A stretch of 59,366 nt of DNA. It comes from Fonticula alba ATCC 38817 (Eukaryota; Protista; Nucleariida). Where the stretch lies: NCBI GenBank assembly GCA_000388065.2, contig KB932205.1; one strand, written 5' to 3'. A program made the position numbers and the translations under genes. The notes beneath the pieces are model-generated. The model worked only from the letters and a program-made list of their open reading frames with translations, did no database searches and was not told where the DNA came from. Shown piece by piece: positions 10,794-21,000 of this stretch. Position 1 is the first letter of the stretch. The number at the start of each line of letters is the position of its first letter.

Positions 10794-12461
10794 CTTTCTG
10801 TCTATCTGCCTGTCTGTCTGTGTGTGTGTCTTTCTGTCTTTCTGCCTGTCTTTCTGCCTGTCTGCCTGTCTGTCTTTCTGCCTGCCTGTCTGTCTGTCTG
10901 TCTGTCTAACTGTCTGTCTGTCTGTCTGTCTGTCTGTCTTTCTGCTTGTCTGTCTGCCTGTCTGTCTGTCTGCCTGTCTGTCTGCCTGTCTGTCTTTCTG
11001 CCTGTCTGTCTACCTGTCTGTCCGCTTGTGTGTGGACGTATATGCACATATGCACGAATATGCGTGCGCATGCGCGCACGTGCTGTGGGATCCTCACCCA
11101 TTCGGTCGACCGGGCAAATGCAAGATCTATCGCTGCCCGGTTTCCTGCTGCTGTCCTTCCAGCATGACATTCGACTGGGCAATGCCGGCCCCGAGGCTAC
11201 CGGCAGCCAGGGCGGCATCTTCCCGGCCGAGCCGATCAAGCCATCGCTCATCGCGGCCACCGGGCCCGATGGGATCGTTGTGAAGGTCGCCCATGGTGCG
11301 CGCTTTTCACCACCTGGCCTCCATCCGCCGGTCGGGCCTCTGTGCTGGCCCTTCCCCGGCGCCGCCCGAGGCATTCCCGCCTTTTCTGACTCTCGGAGGC
11401 GCCCTTGCTAGACGCGGACGGGGGGGCCCTTTCGAAGGCCCAGCTCCAGGCCATGTTCGAGAATGAGCTGTCGATCCTGTGGGCATTGCAGCAGTCTCCC
11501 CACGTGGTGCGCATGCTCGGGTACACGCAGCACCCGCCGGCCATCGTCATGGCCCGAGTGGCCACCGACTTGAGCAACCTGCTCACAACCAACGAGCCGC
11601 TGGACGTGGCCAACACCCTGAGCCTGATCCGGGGGATGGGTGCGTTTAGAGCCTTCCCGCCTCCGTTGGCGTGCGTGCGTGCGCGCGCGCGCGCGCGCGC
11701 ATGGTTTCCCTGGCTGACAGTCTTGCTTGGCGTCCCGCAGCCGACGGCCTGGCCTTCATCCATGCGCAGGGGATCGCCCATCGGGATATCAAGTCGCAGA
11801 ACATCCTGGTCGGCCTGTGCCCGGAGACGGGCGCCATGCGGCCGGTGTTCACGGATTTCGGCGTGTCGCTGGCCGTCAGCCGCGGCTCGGCCCTGCTGGA
11901 CTCGGTCATGTTCGCGGCGTGCAGCATCGCCTTCGCGGCGCCCGAGATCCTGGCATCGATGGGTAACCATGCGCTGGACATCGCGGCTTTCGATCACATG
12001 GCGGCCGATGTCTATTCTCTCGGTTCGGTCTTCTGGCATGTGCTGACGCTGACTATGCCGTGGAGTGGTGCGTGTCTGGCATTTTGATTTCCCCACCGGG
12101 CCCCCGGCGGGGAGCACGGGGAGCGGGGGGGAGGGGGGGGGCTGTGTCGGGGTTCCTTCTTTCGTTCGGCCTGGCCTCGCGCCCTGGGCTGTGGCGCCTC
12201 GTCGCGCTTGGGTGCTCACCCTGCCCCGGCCTGCTCGCCTGCCGCGCTGACGCCCCGAGAACAGGGCTCTCCCAAAAGGCCATCCAATGTCGCCATGCGG
12301 CCGGCGACACTCCGGCCACGCATGGCCCGCCGCCCGGCGAGGCGCCAAACCAACACCCGAGCCTCCGCGTCCTGGTCTCCGACCTGATTCCCTGCATGTG
12401 GTCGGCGTCGCCCGCGAGCCGGCCATCCATGTCGAGCATTGCCCTTGCCCTGTCGGAGTAG
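7504..12461 (+). CDS. Gene B: furin-like/CxxC cysteine-repeat receptor kinase (TKL-type, RD), about 1348 aa
   Basis: Exons 7504-10627, 11125-11295, 11412-11639, 11741-12067 and 12265-12461 join in frame. Signal peptide, about 20 CxxC repeats, TM (ALAIGLAVGLSLVLLLLLAILLVVFCVF), then kinase motifs IVVK, FENE, HRDIKSQN, DFG, FAAPE, DVYSLG and RPSM. Confidence 0.9.
10723..11025. repeat. (TG)n then (TCTG/CCTG)n microsatellites in intron 1 of gene B
   Basis: Direct reading of tandem di- and tetranucleotide runs. Confidence 0.95.
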
Positions 12462-12529
12462 GCAGCCCCTTTGGCTTCGGATTTCCGGGCGCCAGTCGTC
12501 CCGGGGGGGAATGGATGCCTCTCGCTCAG

Positions 12530-12585
12530 CGTGTTTTTGTGTTTTTGTGTTTTTGTGTTTTTGTGTTTTTGTGTTTTTGTGTGTG
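12530..12585. repeat. (GTGTTTTT)n simple repeat downstream of gene B
   Basis: Tandem 8-mer, about 6 copies. Confidence 0.85.
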
Positions 12586-13349
12586 TCTGCGCGCGCGCCT
12601 GCCGGCCAAAGTGGGCCCTTCTCGGTGGCGATGGACCCCTTTTCATGCGCTGCACACCTGGCCACGGATGCGCCATGCGCCGAGGGGGGCACCGTCGGCG
12701 GGGGCGGGGAACGGGGCGTAGAGGACAGGAGGGCAGGAGGTCTCCATCCGGGGCGACGTGCGGAGGCAGGAGCGAGGGGGATACGCGGGGCTTGGGGGGA
12801 CGCGGTGGCATATGCCGGAGGGGGGGGGAGGAGATCCCGCGCGTCCTTCGTGACCGGCCCGGTCCTCTCCGTGGCGGTGCAATGGCGGATCTCGCCTTCA
12901 GGTGCGCAATCCGACGAGGGCCTGCCGTGAAAAAGGGGGCCGGGTGCGGGATGGGGGCGAGTTTCAGCAAGACACGGCACATGATCAAGACGCATCGGGT
13001 GCCACTCCTGCGGGGAATGCCATTCACGCGCATTGCCTCCCGGGCTCGCCCGCCCTTTGTCGCCGATCATCCTGGCCGGGCCGGGCCGGGCCAGGCCGAG
13101 TCGAATAATATGCTACCGATGCGCGCCATGGCGCTCGGCTGAGGGGGGGCGCGCGGGCGGGGGGCAGTCTACCCCGTGCGGGGTGGGATAGTGCGTGTTT
13201 CTCCGGCCGGGCGGTCTGCCCGGGGGGGGATCCCCGTCCCGCCTCGTCAGGGGCGGGAGGCGCGCGGGGCGGCGCGCGGGTGTCCGTGCAGGCGCCGGCC
13301 CCTCCCCGGGGCAGGGGCCATATAGCGAGAGCGTGGCTTGGCACCTCAC

Positions 13350-13431
13350 ATCACCGTGTCCGAGTGGTTAAGGAGTCCGATTAGAAATCGGATGGGCTCT
13401 GCCCGCGTAGGTTCAAATCCTGCCGGTGATG
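13350..13431 (+). tRNA. tRNA-Ser(AGA)
   Basis: ATCACCG...CGGTGAT-G with anticodon arm TCCGA-TTAGAAA-TCGGA, long variable arm GGGC-TCT-GCCC and T-loop TTCAAAT. T4 terminator downstream. Confidence 0.96.
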
Positions 13432-15044
13432 CATCTATCTTTTGTCTTTTGGATCGCGGCTTCTCTCGCGCGCACGGGCACATGCGTGTTGCGCACGTTT
13501 GTGCCCCCCCCCCCTTGGGCCGGGGGAGGGCCTTTTTTTTTCTTCCCGGACCCCGCACCCGGAATGAGGGAAGAGGCGCCGCCGCCGGCCCCGAGGTCCG
13601 GTCCCCGTCCGCCGGGTGTCCTGGTGGCCAGTTTCAAAAGGGGCCGGGGGTGGGGGGGGGGGGTCAAGAAAGAGCCTGGGCCTTTTTCCTTGGCCGCTGG
13701 CCTCGCTACGCCCTGCCCTCCCCCTGCGGCCCCTCTCAGGAATGCCTGGTTTGTGGGCCAAGGGGTCCGCCACAGGGGGCTGCACTCCTCCCGCCCCCCG
13801 GAGAAGGACGCGCGCGCCCGCACGCCGCGTGGCGGAGCTCGGGCACCCCGTTCCTGGCGCCCCGGGCCCGCTCGCCGGGTTGCCTCGGGGTGGGGGACAC
13901 CGGCGGTGGTGCTGCGCACCGGGGGGCTGGTGCCGGCCCCGCGCTCCGACCCCCGCGCAGGGCCGTTCTCGAGCCCGAGCAGCGTGTCGGGGCCTCTCCG
14001 CGCCGGCGGCCCGCGCGCGCGGGCTCGCGGAAAACTACTCAGGCGGGCGCCCGGGCGGCGACCCCTGGCCTGATGGTCCCCCCCCCCCCCCCCACGTTCC
14101 CCCCCCCCCCCCCCGGCGGCCCTCCATATGACCCCTGACCGTGCGGCAGGTGGCCGGACGGGGCCCGTAGTGTGCGGCGCACGGGCCGCCGTTCGGCGCC
14201 ATTGCCGGCCCCGTTGCCCCCCGGCCTTCGGCCGCGCCGCCCGGCCTGCCCTGGACGGGCGTCGGGCCGCTGGCCGTCGGTCATGGGCACGCGGGCGGAG
14301 GGGACACGGGGGGCGGGCCCTGCGTGCCACTGGCCTCCGCAGGGCCAGGCCCGGAGTCGCGCAGGCCCTGCGTGGGCTGCCCCCCGGCCAGCGGCAACGT
14401 GGGCTGCCCGCCCCGGCCGCGCCACGCCGCCCCGGAGCAGCAGGAAACAAAATGAGCCTGGGCCGGAGTTCATGTCTTGGCTCGGATTTTACCCTGTGCA
14501 TGGTCGCCGGGAATGACCACCCTGAGGGGTCGGGTCCCGGGGTTGGGGGGCGTGTTTCATTTGCACCCCTCCTGGATCGATCGGCCCCGCGTCACACCGG
14601 CGCCCGATATCGTGCGATGTGACCGTGCCACAAACTGCGCCCGAGGCGGAGCGGGCGCCGGCGACCGGGGTGAGCCCGACGCCGGGGCTGCCTTGCGCCC
14701 GCCCGCCCCCGCCCCTGCCAGCCTGTCTCATCACTCCATGGTGGAGATCTGCCCGAAGAGTGGCCGGCCCGCGGCACTAGCCCGCCGGCACATGGCCAGA
14801 ACCTGCGCCTGCGGTCGTGTTGCCCTGCCCTCCCCCCCCCCCTATCTGTCCGACTGAGCCTGCCCCTCGCCGGCCCCCGCGCTCCTCCTCCGGCCCCCCG
14901 TGGAGAGGTACACCCCCGCCCCCTGCGCCCCTCCCGCCACCGCCCCCGGCTACACTGACCCCCCTCCGCGCATCCCCTCGCCTGCGCCCTCGCCAGACTT
15001 CACCCGGCTCTCCTCCTTCCCCCCTCCCCTCGCCCGCGTCACCG

Positions 15045-18000
15045 ATGCTCAGGGCGTCCGGCCGCCCGGGCCCCCCGGCGCTGGCCACGCTGCTGGCCCT
15101 GGTGGCAACGGCATGCTTGCTGCTGCTGCTGGCCGGGCCCCGGGCCTCGTCGGCAAGTCCGGCCGCCGGGCCGCTGGAGCTGGCACCCGGCCCGGCGGCC
15201 GGCGAAGCGCCTGACCGCCTTGAGGCCGGGCCCCCCCCGGCGGAGGACGGCCAGCTGGCCGTCGCCTCCTGCGGGGCCTACTGCAACTCCTGCATGGGCA
15301 GCGTCTGCTTCGGCTGCCAGAGCGGCTACTACCAGCTCAAGGACAACAATGTGACCCCCTGCGTGGCGCAGTGTCCGCCGCACCTGCCCTCCATCTACAT
15401 CGAGATTGTCAACGAATACTGCTGGGCCACAACGGTCGATGGCTGCAGCATGATGATTTCCTCGCCCTACAATTGTGCCATGTGCTTCCCCGGGCGTTTC
15501 CTGTCCAACGGCGTGTGCCTCCACTGCCCGGCCAACTGCCACACCTGTGGCAACGCCAGCAGCTGCGATGTCTGCATGCCGGGGGCCCTCAAGCACTGGG
15601 GCGCCTGTGTGTACAGCTGTCCGGATGGCTTCTACTCCGATGGGTCTTCCTGCATTGCCTGCCACTCGTCCTGTGCCACGTGCAGCAATGCGTCCAGCTG
15701 TGGCTCCTGCGCGGCTGGCTGGTTCCTCCACGGGTCGTCCTGTGTGTCGGCCTGCCCCGGCGGCACCTGGGCCGATGGCAGCACCCGCCGGTGTCAAGCA
15801 TGCCCCGGTGGCTGCTCCGCCTGCACCAGCGCCTCGTATTGCACCTCCTGCATCGCCGGGCGCTATCTCCATGGCAGCTCCTGCCATGTCACCTGCCCGG
15901 CCGGGACCTTCCCCAATGGCGCGGTCTGCACGGCTTGCAGTGCGGGCTGCGTCTCGTGCACCAGTTCCAGCGCCTGCAGCGCCTGCACCAGCGGCTACTT
16001 CCTGCATGGGGGCGCCTGCGTGACCGCCTGCCCGGCCGGGTTCTACCCCAACGGCGGGGTCTGCTCGGGCTGTCCCTCCACTTGTTCCACCTGTACTGGG
16101 GCCACCACCTGCACGGCCTGCAAGGCCGGCAGCTTCCTCAATGGCAGCTCCTGCGGGGCCACCTGCCCGGCGGGCACCTTCGCCAACAGCGCCAACAACA
16201 CCTGCTCTTCTTGCCCGGCCGGGTGCTCCGCCTGCAGCAGCGCCNNNNNNNNNNNNNNNNNNNNNNNNNNNNNNNNNNNNNNNNNNNNNNNNNNNNNNNN
16301 NNNNNNNNNNNNNNNNNNNNNNNNNNNNNNNNNNACCTGTACCAGTGCCACGGCTTGTGTCTCCTGTGTGTCGGGCCGGTTCCTGAGCGGCACCACCTGC
16401 GGGACCACCTGCCCGGCGGGCACTTTTGCCAATGGGACCAACAACACCTGCACGACGTGTCCGACCGGCTGCACGGCCTGCACCGGCGCCTCCGCCTGCA
16501 CGACGTGCGCCGCCGGCCGGTACCTGCACCAGGGCGCCTGCGTGACCGCCTGCCCGGCCGGGTTCTACCCGAACGGCACGGTTTGCTCGGCCTGTCCCTC
16601 CACTTGTTCCACCTGCACCGGGGCCAGCACCTGCACGGCCTGCAAGGCGGGCAGCTTCCTCAATGGTAGTTCCTGCGGGGCCACCTGCCCGACCGGTACC
16701 TTCGCCAACAGCACCAACAACACCTGTACGACGTGCGCGGCCAGCTGTTCCGCCTGCAGCAGTGCGTCTGTCTGCTCGGCCTGCAAGGCCGGCTACTTCC
16801 TGAATGGCAGCTCCTGCGGGACCACCTGCCCGGCCGGGTTCTTCGGGAACACGGCCGATAACAAGTGCACTGGGTGCCCGGCCACCTGCTCGGCCTGTAC
16901 CGGGGCCGCTGCCTGTACCACATGCAAGACTGGCTACTTCCTCCTCTCGGGCGCCTGCAGCACCACCTGTCCGAATGGCAACTACCCGGACTCGGGGTCT
17001 GCCTCGTGCAAGGTGTGCCCCACCGGCTGCGCCACCTGCACCAGCGCCACCGAGTGCTCGGCCTGCGGGAATGGCTACTTCCTGAGCGGCACCACCTGCG
17101 GGACCACCTGCCCGGCGGGCACTTTTGCCAATGGCACCAACAACACCTGCACGACGTGTCCGACCGGCTGCACGGCCTGCACCGGCGCCTCCGCCTGCAC
17201 GACGTGCGCCGCCGGCCGGTACCTGCACCAAGGTGCCTGCGTGACCGCCTGTCCGGCTAGGTTCTACCCCAACGGCACAGCCTGCTCGGGCTGTCCCTCG
17301 ACTTGTTCCACCTGCACCGGGGCCAGCACCTGCACGGCCTGCAAGGCGGGCAGCTTCCTCAATGGTAGTTCCTGCGGGGCCACCTGCCCGACGGGCACTT
17401 TTGCCAACAGCACCAACAACACCTGTACGACGTGCGCGGCCAGCTGTTCCGCCTGCAGCAGTGCGTCTGTCTGCTCGGCCTGCAAGGCTGGCTACTTCCT
17501 GAATGGCAGCTCCTGCGGGACCACCTGCCCGGCCGGGTTCTTCGGCAACACGGCCGACAACAAGTGCACTGGGTGCCCGGCCACCTGCTCCACCTGTACT
17601 GGGGCCACTGCCTGCACGGCCTGCAAGACCGGCAACCACCTGCACCAGGGTGCCTGTGTGGCCGCCTGCCCGGCCGGGTTCTACCCCAACGACGGGGTCT
17701 GCTCGGGCTGTCCCTCGACTTGTTCCGCCTGTACTGGGGCCACCACCTGCACGGCCTGCAAGGCGGGCAGCTTCCTCAATGGCACCACCTGCGGGGCCAC
17801 CTGCCCGGCGGGCACCTTCGCCAATGGCACCAACAACACCTGTTCGGCCTGCCCGTCGACCTGCTCGGCCTGCACCGGGGCCAGCACCTGCACCGGTTGC
17901 AGTGCCGGCCACTTCCTGAATGGCTCCGCCTGCGGGACCACCTGCCCGGCCGGGTTCTTCGGCAACACGGCCGACAACAAGTGCACTGCCTGCCCGGCCA

Positions 18001-21000
18001 CCTGCTCGGCCTGCACCGAGGCCACTGCCTGTACCACATGCAAGGCCGGCAACTACCTGCACCAGGGCGCCTGTGTGACCGCCTGCCCGGCCGGGTTCTA
18101 CCCGAACGGCACGGCCTGCTCGGCCTGCCCCGGGGGCTGTGCCACCTGCAGCAGCCCGACCGCCTGCACAACCTGCTCCGCCGGCTGGCTGCACCATGCG
18201 GGCTCCTCCTGTGTGACGGCCTGCCCGACCGGGTTCTTCGCCAACGGCAGCGCCTGCGCGGCGTGCATCACCGGCTGCGACGTTTGCGCCAATGCCAGCG
18301 CCTGCACCAAGTGCCGGGCCGGGTGGTTCCTGCATGCGGGCACCTGCGTGGCCACCTGCCCGGCGGGCACCTTCGCCAATGGCACCAATGGCACCTGCAC
18401 GGCCTGCCCGGCCGGCTGTGCCACCTGCACCAGTGCCTCGGCTTGTACCTCCTGTGTGGCCGGCCGGTTCCTGAGCGGCACCGCCTGCGGGACCACCTGC
18501 CCGGCCGGGACCTTCCCCAACACCAGCGACCGGAAGTGCACCGCCTGCGGGGTCACCTGCGCCGGCTGCTCGGAGGCCATGTCCTGCGACAGCTGTGTCG
18601 CTGGCCGGTTCCTGCATGACGGGAATTGCCCGACCTCCTGCCCGATCGGCACCTTCGCCAACGGCGCCGATGGGACTTGCACCGACTGCCCGGCCGGCTG
18701 CGCCACCTGCTCCAGCGCCTCGGCCTGCGGGACCTGCACCAGCGGGTTCTTCCTGCACGCCGGGTCCGCCTGCCTGGCCGCTTGCCCGAGTGGCTTCTAC
18801 GCCAACGCCAGCAATGGCACCTGCGCCGCCTGCGCGGCCGGCTGCACCGCCTGCACCGGGGCCGCTGCCTGCACCGCCTGCGGGACCGGCCGCTACCTGC
18901 ACCAGGGGGCCTGCGTGTCCTCCTGCCCGAGTGGCTTCTTCGCGTCGGGGTCGGCCTGCGCCGCCTGCGCGGCCGGCTGCACCACCTGCACCGGCACCAG
19001 CGCCTGCTCGGCCTGCGGGACCGGCCACTTCCTGCATGGCTCGGCCTGCCTGGTGACCTGCCCCTCGGGGACCTTCCCCAATGGCTCGGACCGGACCTGC
19101 GCCCCCTGCAGTGCCAGCTGCACCGCCTGCACCGGGGCCACCAGCTGCACCGCCTGCGCCGCCGGGACCTTCCTGCACAATGGGGCCTGTGTCGGGGCCT
19201 GCCCGGGGGGGTTCTTCCCGAGTGCCGGCGCGTGTGTCGCCTGCCCGGCCACCTGCTCGGCCTGCACCGGCGCCTCGGCGTGCACCATCTGCAAGGACGG
19301 CTACTTCCTCCTCTCGGGCGCCTGCAGCACCACCTGTCCGAATGGCAACTACCCGGACTCGGGGTCTGCCTCGTGCAAGGTGTGCCCCACCGGCTGCGCC
19401 ACCTGCACCAGCGCCACCGAGTGCTCCACCTGCGAGAGCGGCTACTTCCTGAGCGGCACCGCCTGCGGGGCCACCTGCCCGGCGGGCACCTTCGCCAACA
19501 GCGCCAACAACTCCTGCTCTTCCTGCCCGGCCGGGTGCTCCACCTGCACCAGCGCCTCGGTCTGCTCGGCCTGCAAGGCCGGCTACTTCCTGAATGGCTC
19601 CGCCTGCGGGACCACCTGCCCGGCGGGCGCTTTTGCTAACAGCACCAACAACACCTGCACGGCCTGCCCGTCGACCTGCTCGGCCTGCACCGGGGCCAGC
19701 ACCTGCACGGCCTGCAGGGCCGGCAGCTTCCTGAATGGCACCACCTGCGGGGCCACCTGCCCGACGGGCACCTTCGCCAACAGCGCCGACAGCACCTGCT
19801 CGGCCTGCCCGGCCACCTGCTCCACCTGCACCGGGGCCAGCACCTGCACCGGCTGCAGTGCCGGGCACTTCCTGCATGAGGCGTCGTGCAGCGCCGCCTG
19901 CCCGGCCGGGTTCTTTGCGGATTCCGCCAGCCGGGCCTGCTCGGCCTGCCCGCCGACCTGCTCCACCTGCACCGGGCCCGGCAGTGCCTGCACCTCCTGC
20001 CAGCCGGGCCACCTGATGCATGCCGGCACATGTGTGGCTGCCTGCCCCGGGGGCTTCTTCGCGGCGGCCGGCGCGTGCACCGCCTGTCCGTCGGCCTGCT
20101 CCACCTGCACCGGGGCCAACACCTGCACCACTTGCCAGCCGGCGCACCTGCTGCACCAGGGCGCCTGTGTGGCCGCCTGCCCGGCCGGGTTCTTTGCCTC
20201 CGGGCCCGGCTGCGCGGCCTGCTCCGCCGACTGCACGGTGTGCGCCGGTCCGACCGAGTGCACCGCCTGCGCCAGCAGCTCGCTTCTCCACCAGGATGCC
20301 TGTGTGGATGCCTGCCCGGCTGGGTTCTTCCCGCGCGATGGGGCCTGCGTGCCTTGCAGCGCCAGCTGCAGCACCTGCCACGACGAGACCACGTGCCTGG
20401 TCTGCGCGCCGGGCTACCCGCTCCATGAGCATGCCTGCTTGGAGGGCTGCCCCGGGGGGCACTTCGACCGGGGCAATGTCTGCGCCATGTGCCCGGCCGG
20501 CTGCGACGCCTGCCAGGAGGCCGCCGCGTGCGAGGTGTGCGCGGCGGACCGGGTCCGCCTGCAGGGCCAGTGCTTGGCCGCCTGCCCGGCCGGGACATTC
20601 CCCGGCGCGGATCCCAATGACTCGGACCGGACCGCCTGCCTGGCGTGCCACCCGCTGTGCGCCGCGTGCGCCGGCCCGGGGGCCGACCAGTGCACCGCCT
20701 GCGACGACCCGCTGACCATCCGCCAGCCCATCCCGCCGGTGGACCCGCCCCTGGCCGAGGGCATGTGCGTGCCGGACTGCATGAATGACCCGTCGCAGTG
20801 CGTCGAGTGCGAGCCCGGGTGCGACCTGTGCCGGCGGATGCCCGACGAGTCGACCTTCTGCATGGTGTGCCAGTCGCCGGGGCTGGCCCTCGATGGCCTC
20901 TGTGTCGCTGCCTGCCCGCCGGGCTACGCCGCCATGACGGCCTCGGGCTACTGCGCCCGGTGCTCCGGCAACTGCGGCGACGCGTGCTTCGGCCCGGGCA

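Noticed and set aside
10643-11283. Cys/Val-rich ORFs (CVCV..., LSVCLS...)
   Set aside because: Translations of intronic microsatellites.
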